This document shows, piece after piece, positions 1-12,405 of a DNA stretch of 64,000 nucleotides. Origin of the DNA: Octopus bimaculoides (lineage: Eukaryota); contig NC_068991.1 of assembly GCF_001194135.2 (NCBI RefSeq), forward strand, positions 8,589,057 to 8,653,056. Direction: 5' to 3'. Under the pieces are notes generated by a model. The model was not told the DNA's origin. It did no database searches and saw only the letters and a list, made by a program, of their open reading frames with translations. Positions within the stretch are counted from its first letter, which is position 1. Each line of letters starts with the position of its first letter. The position numbers were made by a program, and so were the translations under genes.

Positions 1-296
1 CTTTCCCGGTCTTCATACTCTTAATTGCTTTATCTACCCTGGTACTATCAACTCGAATAGCTGGTCCCTCTATTGGGTCGACATACGGCAGGCTCTCTTT
101 CTCCCATTCATTCTCTTTATTAAGCAATCTATCGTAGTGGCATCTCCAGACCTCTTTCTTTGCATCCTCATTTAATGCAAGCGTACCATCATCCATGCGA
201 ACACATTTCTCTCCTACAACATCACTATTCTCTCTCCTACACTGTCTTGCAACACGAAATACCTCTAGTCTTTGGTCCTCACGGCGCAGAACATTG

Positions 297-301
<5 letters not shown>
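1..301 (-). mobile_element. RTE-clade LINE fragment (endonuclease-RT linker), open reading frame
   Basis: Reverse complement translates without stops: FANVLRREDQRLEVFRVARQ...[53 protein letters not shown]; same family as 55826-56215. Confidence 0.85.
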
Positions 302-329
<28 letters not shown>

Positions 330-888
330 GGAGTTGAAATTTACCGATAAGCAAAAGATGAAGACGGGTGTATGTATAAATATATATAGTGGCACTCTGT
401 CGGTTACGACGTCGAGGGTTCCAGTTGATCCGATCAACAAAACAGCCTGCTCGTGAAATTAACGTGTGAGTAGCTGAACACTCCACAGACACGTGTACCC
501 TTAACGTAGTTCTCGGTGAGATTCAGCGTGACACAGAGTGTGACATGGCTGGCTCTTTGAAATACAGGCACAAGAGAGTATAAAACAGCTCCACCACCTC
601 TGATAAGCCATATCAAGTCAGTGTTGCAGAGTAGGCTCATCAAACCAGTATGATCTCACTCAAAATCATGGCCTCCACATCAGACTGTGGTTGGTGGAGA
701 GAACATGCTGAGGCCTTCATCCGGCAGCGGACTAAACATAAAGCAATCCAGTCCAATATATTATCTATTTGACAAAGATTTTAGTAAAAAGTAAAAAAAA
801 AAAAGTCATTTTAATTTAAACATTTTCTTTATTTTTCATTTCAAATTCTTACTTTTATTTATTTCCATTCTGTTTTATTTCATTTCAG

Positions 889-1046
889 CCTGAAAACGAA
901 ATTTATCTCCAAAGATGGCAGATCTGTTAATTATCAAAAACTTAAGACTTCAGCTGAGCTGAAGAATTTAGAAAAAGAAGTGCAGAAGCTTGTTCGTATC
1001 AACTTGGAAGACTTATCCATCGATGATCAGAAAGCTCTCTTTATTA
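889..1046 (+). CDS. DUF547 gene exon A
   Basis: tttcag acceptor; LKTKFISKDGRSVNYQKLKTSAELKNLEKEVQKLVRINLEDLSIDDQKALFI; ends at GTATCCTT donor. Confidence 0.88.
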
Positions 1047-3058
1047 GTATCCTTTTTATATATATTTTTGTCACTGTGAATCCATTTTCAGCCAATCATT
1101 GCAATTATCTACATTAATGGCACAGACGATTTGTTGCCATTGCTAAATTATATAATGTTTGATTATATATCATTGGTTAGATTTCTGTAGCTACTCTAAT
1201 GTTCTAAGTGTGATTTAAATATATTTGTTGGATCCCTTGGTTTGCCAATTGTTCTTAATCAAAATGATTACTTGATAAGCAAACCCTATTCAATGTCTTT
1301 CAAACCTTTGACATATTCTGCACCTGTAATTCAATTACATTTCTTTTATGTACATTTGAAAGGTATATTCATAGTGATGATACATGGGCTTGACTAAATA
1401 AATCATATTATCTTCAATTCAATGAAACGTGCACTAGAAAGTAACTTTAAGAATATAAATTGCAACTACTTACATCAATGTTTATAGAAAAGTCTGTACT
1501 TTCCTTTTTTTTTTCTCTCACTTTCATTTTAATCTATCTCTCTCTCTCTCTCTTTTCCCATCTATCTATCTTTGTCTATCTAACTCTATATTTTTTGATA
1601 TTTGTACTTAAAAGCAGCATGAAAGTAAAGCTGTGAAAGGCCCAAGAGAGTGTCCCTGACTGTGTATCTAATAAGCGATGGGGGAAACTGTATGAGGCTA
1701 TTTTAGTTCAAGCTGTTGATCAGACTACATGTATTGATTCTCACACAGCTCTGCAAGACATTCATTGTGAGATGCCAATCAACTGACATCTGTTGAATAT
1801 CCTGTTGTAATGACATTGCCTCATGTCCCATTAAGAAAAAAATCACTAATATATAAATAGGTCTCTTTTATTCTTCTGTGTAAAAACAAACTTGCTAATG
1901 ATGTGAAAGTAAGCTGACTGAATTATGGGTACTGGCTATTCAAACAAAAACACAAAGACCTACATCTCATAAAGTAAATGATTTAATGCAAAAATATCTA
2001 ATGTTGGTATCTTAGACTGTTTCTTCAAGTAACTCCTGAAATTTTATAAATGTTACTTCTTTAACATTTAATCAGATTTATTCAATATTCTCACCATTCA
2101 TGCAATCTCATTGCAACCAACCCTCCCACAGTCTATACGTAATATCAGCCATTTTTGGGACAGAACCGCATACCAAATTGGATCAGAAACCTACACATTG
2201 AATGATATTGAACATGGAATTCTGAGGGGTAGGTTTTTATTTTTGCCTGGTGTGCTAACAATTCTGTCTGCTCACCACCTTATGATGATAATAATAATAA
2301 TAATAATAATGATGATGGTTTCAAATTTTTGCCACAAGGGCATTTTTGGGAAGGGGGATTAAGTCGATTACATTGACCCCAATGTTTCACTGGTGCTTAA
2401 TTTATCGACCCCAAAAGGATGAAGGGTAAAGTTGACATCGGCAGAATCCTTAATAATAATAATAATAATAATGTTAATGAATTTCACAACATGATTCCTT
2501 TTTTTACTTTCCAGGCAACAAACCTCCACCAACCCACATTGAGCTTCCATTTGGTCCTAAAGATGCTCGTTTAAAGTTTGTCATGAAACCTGATTCCAGA
2601 ATACATTTTGCTCTTGTTTGGGGTTGTAAAGTAAGTTTTTTATTATAACATTTATTCTTGGTAAGCTGGGTATACACTGCATACCCATTGAAAATGACAA
2701 ATTCATTATAAATATTAACTTGACTCATTAATTTAATCACAAATCTTAATGATAAACTTTTGGTATCCACCTGCTTAAAATTTGGTGGCATTGGGGGTGG
2801 CAACACACCCGAATACAACCACCATCATGTACCAATACATTTGTTAGGTACCCTATCTAGATATTCTGTCTTGTACTTGTTCCAGTCATTAGATTGTGGC
2901 CATGCTGGGGCACCACCTTGAAAGATTTCATTTGAACTAATTGACCCCGGTACTTATTTTGCTTTTTAAGCCTGGTTCTGTTGGTCTCCTTTGCTGAACC
3001 GTTAAGTTAAGGAATGTAAGCACATCAACATCAGGTGTCCAGCAGTGGTGGGTCGCGC

Positions 3059-3101
<43 letters not shown>

Positions 3102-4484
3102 CAGCAATCTTTCTCCATATCCAACCACTGCCTTGCAGGACCTGAATTTAAAACTGAGAAAAACAACTTTCTACCTCAAACCATCCTACCGACCATCTGG
3201 ATTATCTTTCAATATTTTGTATTTCAGTCAAGCCCACAGATCAATATATACCAGGGTAAGAATCTAGAAAGTTCCTTGGAGGAAGCAATGAAAACGTTTT
3301 GTGTGCAAGAAGTTTGTATGTTTACAGAAATCAATGAGATATGGCTACCAAGTTTATTTAAATGGTATCAGAAGGATTTCGGTAAATCGGACACTGATGC
3401 TGTTAGGTAAGCATCAAATAATGTTACTAATAAAAAAATTAATTCCATCCAACATTGATGACTATCACCATGTATAATACAGCAAGTTTTGTCCTTTTTA
3501 CTGAACCTCATTCAACATAGCCTTATTGTCCAGTTATATAAAACATAAATCTCACAATATCTACCTTTTAACCTATTTCTCTTGTCCAACTACACTACAC
3601 ATTACAGTTTCACTCGGAAAATGAAGTCTCTGTGTATATATAAACCATTTTCCTATCACTCACCTTCCTTTCCTGGATATCAGCAACAAAGACTTCCAGT
3701 TGCTTTAACCCAAATTCTTCCTTTGTCATTCCTCTAAATTTTTCTGCTATCTCTACCACATCTCAAACTCTTCCTGTGCACCAGCAGGTATTTGAATACC
3801 TGAGGTCCTACATCAGAGACCTCTATCTTGCCTCCCCTCTCACAGAAGTGATACTTGACAACTTTTAAAAAATCACAATTTTTCTTGACTTTTGTGCTCC
3901 TCCAACAACAATGCTGCTGATGCAGAAACAACCAAATTATTTGCTGCTCTGAACTGTCAGCACCAATTATCCTCACCTACCTGCCTTCATGCACTTCACA
4001 GTCTGCAAGATTTATCACTTCAAAAGGGTCTCTATTGACATTTACAAAATTCACCAACCTGCCGCTTCTCAATAAAGATAACTCTGTATGTACCAAATTT
4101 ACTTCAAATCATTCCCTACTGTTTAAAAAAAAATGAGCATTGTTTAGGATAATGTAGCCCTGAAAATAAGATGATCATAGAGGCAAGTTCACTTGATTAC
4201 ATTTGACCTAGGGTTAAACAGTGAACTGGATGTATTGATTGAAGAAGTGAAATAATGACATCATAAATATAAACTCCCAATTGCTGTTCTCTACTATTTT
4301 ATGCTTGCAAACTTCAGCCTCTTAATTACTTCCCCTTTCTAATTTCAGATCTGTCATGCCATACTTGTCAAAGGAAACGAAGAACCGTGCAGAGCTTCTG
4401 TTGCTTGCTTTAGACAGAATTGGTAATGTGAATTTGAAACTGACACCCTATGAATGGCAATTAAACAACTCTGGAACAGTATAA
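889..4484 (+). CDS. DUF547-domain protein, 3' part (5 coding exons; 5' exons lie upstream of the window): join(889..1046,2076..2228,2515..2630,3228..3406,4349..4484)
   Basis: Manual splicing with AG/GT boundaries and consistent phases gives LKTKFISKDGRSVNYQKLK...KALFINLFNILTIHAI...YQIGSETYTLNDIEHGILRGN...DSRIHFALVWGCKSSPQINIY...IWLPSLFKWYQKDFG...PYEWQLNNSGTV*. This matches the DUF547 hallmarks FxINxYNxLxIH, SLxDIEHGILR, DPRIHFAL, SxIFKWYxxDF and YDWxLN (family knowledge). Confidence 0.9.
1047..2075 (+). other. U12-type (minor spliceosome) GT-AG intron
   Basis: 5' end GTATCCTTTT; branch-site-like TTCTTTAAC at 2057-2065, about 10 nt before CAG at 2073-2075; no polypyrimidine tract; the join restores ALFI-N-LFN. 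Confidence 0.88.
2076..2228 (+). CDS. DUF547 gene exon B
   Basis: NLFNILTIHAISLQPTLPQSIRNISHFWDRTAYQIGSETYTLNDIEHGILR; gtaggt donor. Confidence 0.92.
2515..2630 (+). CDS. DUF547 gene exon C
   Basis: ttccag acceptor; GNKPPPTHIELPFGPKDARLKFVMKPDSRIHFALVWGCK; gtaagt donor. Confidence 0.92.
3228..3406 (+). CDS. DUF547 gene exon D
   Basis: tttcag acceptor; SSPQINIYQGKNLESSLEEAMKTFCVQEVCMFTEINEIWLPSLFKWYQKDFGKSDTDAV; gtaagc donor. Confidence 0.92.
4349..4484 (+). CDS. DUF547 gene terminal coding exon
   Basis: tttcag acceptor; RSVMPYLSKETKNRAELLLLALDRIGNVNLKLTPYEWQLNNSGTV then TAA at 4482-4484. Confidence 0.88.
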
Positions 4485-4976
4485 CACACACACACCACAT
4501 ATAAATATGAACACATTACTGATATGCTCTCAGAAATTCTGAGACTCTCAGAAACACTGGTACTCTGACACTTTCTGACATATGCATATTCTTCATGCAA
4601 GAATGGATTAGCATTATTTAACAGAACATCCTAACAAACCTGTTTGTTTATAGTTTTATATATTTTTGTAATTTCAATACATACTAGTCTTCAACTTGGA
4701 CCAGCTAACCAGCTAATGTCTGCTTAAAAGCTTATCTACAGCAGAACGAATATCCTTGATTGAATTGCCAGAATTGTTCTAGTGGTCAGACAGAATGATT
4801 TTCAATATTTAGTCTGGCTTTTTACATTCTGAGTTTAAATTCTATGAGATCAACTTTGCCTTTCATCTGTCTAGGATCAATAAAATATGACTGCAACCAA
4901 GTACTGGGGTTGGTCTTATTGACCATCTCCTTCCCCCACCCAAATGTGTGACCTTGTGTCTGTTAGAAACAATTAT

Positions 4977-5043
4977 ACATACATACATACATACATACAT
5001 ACATACATACATACATACATACATACATACATACATACATACA

Positions 5044-5112
<69 letters not shown>
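4977..5112. repeat. Compound microsatellite (TACA)n(TAAA)n(TA)n
   Basis: Directly visible. Confidence 0.95.
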
Positions 5113-5114
<2 letters not shown>

Positions 5115-5683
5115 TCATCATCGTTTAACGTCCGCTTTCCATGCTAGCATGAGTTGGATGATTTGACTGAGGACTGGTGAACCAGATGCTACACTAGGCT
5201 CCAATCTGATTTGGCAGAGTTTCTACAGCTGGATATATATATATATATATATAAGAAAGAGAGATGACAAAGGAGTAAATGATTATCTTATGAACTTCAT
5301 GAGATAATATATATATTCATATTTATATATATTTGGTACAGTGGCTATGAATATAAGTGAAACAAATTACTCTAAATAATTGTCGTCTTTGAAGGAAGAA
5401 AAAACAACTCTCATTTCCTTCACCTCCACTAAGGGTTGCTGTATTCACTAAAATTGATGTGAAACCATGATATAAAATTCTAAAATGCATGAAAGCATAC
5501 TGGATATATTTCTGTGTACATCTGAGGAAAGTCTTTAATGCATGTAGCGAACATTCATTCAACCAAAGCTGTGGCTTCATTTCATTGCTACTCTGCATTC
5601 CACATTTTTTTTCTTAGTTCTTTTACGACAACCAGTTGCCTTTTTGACCAAATGAATATGCAAGAGTGTTTGTGCATGTATGA

Positions 5684-5719
<36 letters not shown>

Positions 5720-6904
5720 TTGACTGCATCTCTGTGTGTATGAGAAAGATTATATACAGTGTAACCAATTGGAAATGACATAGATTTCATTGGTATTTTG
5801 ACACCCGTGTAAGTCAAAATGGTAATGGCATCTGTATTCACCCCAGGGTCCATAACTGACTGACTGACTCTGTGTGTGTGTGTGTGTGTGTGTGTGCATT
5901 TGTTAATGCATAAGTTTCTTTGATTCTGAAAATTTAGTAAAAGTACCCCTTTTTTATATTTGAGTATGTATAAATGTGTATATGTTTGAACCTCAAAGAA
6001 TAAGAGAATTTATTGGTTTTGTCAGCCTTGAAATGTAAATGCAATCTTTTAGCTAGCATTAAGTCAGTCTCACTTTGTATGTGATACAACATTTTGTCTG
6101 TAGGATGCTTATTTCTAGACTAGAGCCACTGACAATATATCCCTGTGGTTGCACTGTTTAATAATGCAATAATGATTCTCAGAAGGATGCTAGTCACTGT
6201 GATATGTCTTATGACTAGGGTTGTTTCTAGAATATGACAAGTCTTCCATATCTCTAATGTTCTAGAAGAGATATCAATTGTCATGTGCCAAGACTATCAT
6301 TTGTTATATCTTTCTTTGTGATTATCTGTTTATCTGCCTACCTACCTATCTATCTAACGATCTGCCTAACTGTCTGTCAGTATGTGTTTATTATTGGCAC
6401 AGTGACCCTTCCACCAAGATACAACAAAATATGTTTCAACATACAAGTTCTCATCAAGAATCTTGTGAACCAAATACCAAAATCTAATCACCATATTATC
6501 CACGAACCACAAGTAACCTTCTTGAACATCATGTCTGAGGAATTTGAAATAAGAAAACTACAGGAAAAAAATTCTATCAGAAATTAGGCAAAACTGAAAC
6601 ACAAGATCAATGATTAAGAGATAGAAATGAAAGCAAAATTAATTTATTTATTACGTTTGATAATCTGAAGTGTCCAGCTGAATATTTCCTTATAGCAATA
6701 AAGCCTAGATACATTTTGAGCAGTGCAACTGAGGTTGCTTAAGCATCATTGAAATTTGTTTTGTGTTATCTTTTTTCTGGTGAGAACTTTTTTGTCTTGG
6801 CTGATTTTTAATTTCAGTGCTGCAATCTAGAAAAATTCCTCATTCTATAATGCCTTATCTTATTATAATTGTTGTTGTTGTTGTTGTTATCATTATTATT
6901 ATGA

Positions 6905-7115
6905 TTGAGGTGCTGAGCTGGCAGAATCATTAGCATGCCTGGCAAAATGCATAGCGGTATTTTGCCCATCACTACTCTGAGTTCAAATTCTGCCAAGGTC
7001 AACTTTGCCTTTCATCCTTTTGGGGTTTGATAAAATAAGTACCAGTTGAGTACTGGGTCGATGTAATTGACATACTCCACTTCCCCGTAATTATTGGCCT
7101 TGTGCCAAAATTTGA
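6905..7115 (+). mobile_element. tRNA-derived SINE family 3
   Basis: gagctggcagaatcattagc...gagttcaaattc...ctttgcctttcatcctttcggggtcgataaa; copies near 2240-2460, 4790-4970, 19190-19404, 21015-21480, 28370-28630, 43400-43850 and 57840-58075. Confidence 0.8.
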
Positions 7116-7944
7116 AATTATTCTTGTTGTTGTTGTTGTCTCAAGCAGTGAACTACAACTCCCATGGGTCCAGTTACAACCAAGTAGACTGAGCCATTTA
7201 GAAGCCATTTGTAAGCGATAGAGTGAAGCTTTTTTCTTTAGTAGAGTGAATCCTATTAGTTTGATCAGCTGCACCTATTATTTTAATTATAGTGTATTTG
7301 TTTCAACCGCAAAAAAAAAAAAAAATTTTTGTTGTTTTTTTTTTCCTTGTTATTTCTTGATGTTCAAAATCGATTCTGTAGAAATGGCAAAGCTGTCTTT
7401 GACATTCTTGGGTACTTGACCTCCTCGTCACTGAATATGTTTCTTCTCTCTCCTGTTTTCATAATATTTATGGTACACAAGCTTTAACTTTGAACTTCTT
7501 GAACATACGAAAACAAAAGGTTAATAATCTGTATAAAAATTCTAAAATTGATTTAAAAAAAAAAAATTTTTTTTTTTATCCATTTTCTTCTACTTGAATT
7601 TAACATACTTTACAAGTTTTAAATATGTCACTTTTTGAAATATCTCCGTTTGATTCAATTATTATTGTTTTACTTCTCAGAGTGCTTGGTCTCATGTGCT
7701 CTGGTTGATTTTGTGAGAGTGGACAGCAGCCTGTTGTCAGAGGTCTCTTTCAGCAATTATAAGCTTTGATAATTGGTTGTTAATTACCGTGGAAAGGCAT
7801 TCAACACCCAAGTACCAATCTCAAAATCCTAGCTGTCCCCAGCAGAGCAGTTTTTTTTTTTTTTTTTTTTGGTTTGCCCTGCTCTCATGTCACTTCCGAT
7901 TTCTATGAGATATTTCTTGAACTTAATTGTTAGTGCTGCCGCTA

Positions 7945-8055
7945 TCATTATTATTATTATTTTTTTTATTACTTTTAATTTTTTTTAATATTATAATCTT
8001 TATTATTATTTTTATTATTATTATCATTTTTATTTTTATTATTTTTATCATTATC

Positions 8056-8090
<35 letters not shown>

Positions 8091-8128
8091 CATTCATGAA
8101 TAATAATAATAATAATAATAATAATAGC
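7945..8128. repeat. (TAT)n/(AAT)n low-complexity tract
   Basis: Directly visible. Confidence 0.9.
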
Positions 8129-9452
8129 ATTAACAACCAAGTAATATTATTATCTTAGTCAAGGAACATAACTTTGCTTGCATTTCTCTGACTGACAGAA
8201 AATGCTTATCATAATTTATGTTTTAGTTGTTTACAGTAAAGAATTTACTATAATCGCTTTCTTGGGCAAGGTGCATAACTCTGCTTACCTTAGTTTGATA
8301 AGCAAGTTCCACTCCACATAGAAGTGAAACTCTTGTCAGTTGATATTTAGCATAATTTTTTTTTTTCCTTTTTTTTATCTCTTAGTCTTCTATGCCTATA
8401 GTCTTCCCAGATCTTATAGTTTGAATTATTACTCATATAAGAAAGCAGATCTATCTGCTAAAATTCTCCAACAACAACATACAAATGGTTGAGTTTGTGA
8501 TCCTATCCTACTCATAAGCATTGGAAGAGGTAAAATATTTTAATCATTCGTTTAAATTTATTTTATTATTTGAGAGATTTCAAACGTTATTCCTGCCCTC
8601 CCCCATTTTCAAATTCTATGAATTACTTTCTATATTCTGTTCAGATTCAATCTGTAAGGTCTTGGTATTTTTTCACTAAGGTTAAATTTGAGGAAGGCAT
8701 CATTTGAAGTTATATAGTCTTGGGTCAGTCCTGATTGAGAAATTCTTTAGCATGTAGGTTATTGACCAAATGACAAGTTGGTGCTAGAGTGTGTAAAATT
8801 ACTGTGTATTATCTTGAAAGATTTCTGGACATTACTGTCTTGAGTCCTAGGGCCCGCAGGGCCAATTCCCCTGTTCCCAAGGCATATAAATGAGATCGCA
8901 ACATTCCCCTTGGATAAGATGCCAGTCCATTGCAGGATTACTTATTTACAGCTGAGTGGACTGGGACAACGTAAAATGAAGTGTTTTTGCTCAAGAACAC
9001 AATGCACCACCCAGTCCAGGAATTGAAACTACAATTTTGTGATTGTGAGTGCAACACACTTAACCACAAGACTACATGTCTTCACATGAAAGATCTATAG
9101 ACAAATGTAATTGATCGTTAATCTTTTATCTTGGAGATATTCTTTTGTAGATTTATATTGCTTAATAAAGTTAGCTAAGTATTGTTTGGATGAAGTGGGG
9201 CTTTTAGTTATGTTTTTGTGTACAGTACATAAGCACTTTTGGATTGCTTTCTTGTGATTGTTGGCGTTCTTTCATTTATGGAGTAAAACCTTTTCTGTCT
9301 TTCAATTCCATGTGAAGAATAAATGCCAGAGTTGTTTATCTTTCATCTGCTTGATACTACAGAGATGGAAGTCTAACACTTGCCTTATGAACTCTTGTGG
9401 TGCAGTAAAGAATTCAATTTGTAAAGTTGAGATGGTATTAATTATGGTATTA

Positions 9453-9873
9453 CTGTAAATCCTCGAGTATAGTCTGCCCTTGAGTATAATACGCAGGGGA
9501 TTTTTAGGGGGCTGTATCTCTGAAAAACTTAAACCTTGTGTATAATACGCACCCCTTCTCTAACTTGAGTCAATACCGTCTATATAACGTCCTTGGTTTG
9601 TAAACATATATACAGTAACGTCCTTTATTATTATTGTATATATAACATAATGCAAATGTGTAGCTTTTTTGTACACTTTGCAGAAAATAAAGAAATAACA
9701 GTAATAATGTCGGTGAAAAGTAAATATTAAGTAAATTGCCTTTACATATTTATAAATTAGAAAATTTTGCTTAAAAATTATTTTTCATTTTTAACCTCGT
9801 ATATAGTACGCACTAGAAATTTTGACCTTTAAATTTTGGGAAAAAAGTGCTGATTATACTCGAGGATTTACGG
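9453..9873. mobile_element. Tc1/mariner-superfamily (Tc2/pogo-like) MITE, 421 bp
   Basis: 19-bp terminal inverted repeats c(t/c)gtaaatcctcgagtata / tatactcgaggatttacgg (1 mismatch), TA on both sides, no coding capacity. Confidence 0.85.
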
Positions 9874-11969
9874 TAATACAAAAAAGAAACCCCCTCGAAA
9901 AAAAAAAAAAAACTAATTCACACTTAGTTATTCATCAGCTGCTCATCTTTGCCATCTTAAGCAATAATTTATCCTTTCATTATCTTAATTGCTCCTTCTA
10001 TTCTCTAAGTAAAATACAAGATGTCTACAAAGTTCTCTATAATTTGTTGGTGGTCATAGGCCTGCTGAACCAGGTCTGACCAGGACTAAAGATTAGTTCC
10101 AAAACTGACCGGCAGATTTACTGAAGAAAGCTTTTTTAAAACTTTTTATTACTTTAGCACTGTTGCCTTATAAATGGTTTTCTGGACTTCTTGTGGCTCA
10201 GTTAGATTTTCTATATATATTTACAAAAGTGTGGAGACTGTTTTGTATCCTTTTTATAAATCTTTTTGTTTTTCATTTTTAAAAATTCTGCCACAATCTT
10301 ACATAGCTTTATAATTTTTGACATTCACTTGCTTTCTGTTGTATAAGTTGTATCGTGCTAGCATTTGCTAACAATTCTTATCCCACTGAGTCCTTAGCTC
10401 TTTTGGCCCTCTCTTTAGCATAACTTACAGATAAATAAACTAAAAAAATATTTTAATAACTTTTTTTTTTTACTTTTAGCACTTCACTGTGAAATTATTT
10501 AAATATTTTTGTTATTTTATAATTATCTATATTTGTCTCTTGTACATATTAAATTTATCCTGTTTCTTTTTTATATATATTTTTTATTGTATTTCATTTC
10601 ACATTTGAGTTTTGTAAATAAATTCTTCTTTCTGTTCATCTGTGGTATCAAAAGTTTGAAAGCAGAGCCAATACCGGAATCTCTTGGACCTTGTGCATAG
10701 AGTGGAAAAGAATACCTGAATCTCTCGCTATATTATGCTTATTTCGCCAAACCATCGAATCTGTTTGTTTCTATCTTTTACACATGTTTTCTTCATTGTA
10801 CTGTGGCCATGCTGGGGCAACACCTTCAAGAGTTTTTAGTAAATCAAATCAATCCTTGTACTTTTTTTTTTTTTTTTTTTTTTTTTTAAAGCCTGTTGCC
10901 TACTCTGTTGGTCTCGTTTGCTGAACCGCTAAGTTATAAAGACATTAACAAACCAACACTAATTGTATAACAGGGGTGGGAGAAAAACTTCTGACACACC
11001 CACACACACAACAGGCTTCCACACAGTTTCTGTCTATAAATTCACTCATAAAGCATTGGTCAGCCTAGAGCTATAGTAAAAGACACTTGCCCAAGGGGCC
11101 AGGCACTGGGGACTGAACCCGAAACCACATCATTGCAAATAAAGCTTTATAATCATACAGCCATGGCTGTGCCTATATTGTATTAAAAAAAAAAAAAGTT
11201 AAAACCAAATTGAATAGGAACTGAATCCCTAGAATTTCATTTTGTGACTCCTCTGAAAGAAATAGCAAATCAAAGTCTGATTGCCAATATCATTAAAATA
11301 AAATGCTATACTATTCCATAACAAATAGTTCTTTGACTGCTTTGATTTGCTATTCAATTCATTTATTCAAAGTTGTTGCCTATGCAAACATTGTGTTCGT
11401 GTTCTGGATATTTTTACAGCAATAATCAAATTTTTATGTTTAATAAATGAGAAAAACTATCAGGATCCCTTGCCAGATTTTAACCATTGCCTTCTCAAAT
11501 GTTACAATTTACTTTTTTACTTCAAAGAATTGTTGTTGTTTTTTTTGTTTGTTTTTTTTCCACATTTCCCAGATACAGCAAAATCTGATGATGTAGATGG
11601 TGACAACAACGATGGTGATGGTGCGGAGTAGATGATGATGATGATGATGGTGGTTTTGGTGGTGGTGTAGATGACAATGATGATGAAAATGATGTCAATG
11701 CTGCTGATGATGATAATAAAGAGAATGTAAAAGATAGAAACAGGACTATAACATTGATGTTAGGGATATAATTCTTTTTAACAATCCCCATAACAATTTA
11801 GTTTTTTTTTTTTTTTTTTTTTTCCTTTAGATATTTGAAAAGTTCTAGTGTTTCACTGGTATTTAATCTTGACTCAAATAGGAATTGAACTCAGATTATT
11901 AAAACATCAAAGCTGATCATGTTTTTTATATTTATAGTAAAATCGAAATTGTAATTGAGCCATATTCGA

Positions 11970-12405
11970 TGACCGGCACCTGTGCCAGTGGAGCACTAAC
12001 AGCACTGCTGAGCGTGTTCATTGCTAGAGCAGCTGTCTGGCTTCCGTGCTAGTGGCCCGTAAATAGCACCATTTGAGCATGATCATTACCAGTGTCTCCT
12101 TACTGGCACATTAGAAAATGATTCAAACAAGGTTGTTGCCAGTGCCGCTGGACTGGCTCCTGTGCAGGTGGCACGTAAAAAACACCATTTTGAGCGTGGC
12201 TGTTGCCAGTACCACGTGACTGGCCTTCGTGTCAGTGGCATGTAAAAGCACCCACTACACTCTCGGAGTGGTTGGCGTTAGGAAGGGCATCCAGCTGTAG
12301 AAACTCTGCCAGATCAGATTGGAGCCTGGTGCAGCCATCCAGTTCGCCAGTCCTCAGTCAAATTGTCCAACCCATGCTAGCATAGAAAGCAGACGTTAAA
12401 TGATG
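11970..12405 (+). mobile_element. Repeat family 2 (RTE-tail element ending ...catgctagcatggaaagcggacgttaaacgatgatgat)
   Basis: Tail recurs near 5112-5235, 14170-14340, 16570-16800, 29700-29765, 30770-30980, 36868-37025, 41590-41720, 44030-44230, 46450-46640, 47890-48180, 48480-48700, 51960-52200, 53500-53615 and 61640-61800; (GAT)n tail is typical of RTE-mobilised elements. Confidence 0.8.

Noticed and set aside
3560-4130. Possible decayed LINE endonuclease in the last DUF547 intron
   Set aside because: Hints such as EVIL-DNF and QLSSPT, but too many breaks to call without an HMM search.
11575-11720. Asp-rich stretch (SDDVDGDNNDGD...)
   Set aside because: Degenerate (GAT/GGT)n microsatellite with no flanking coding context.
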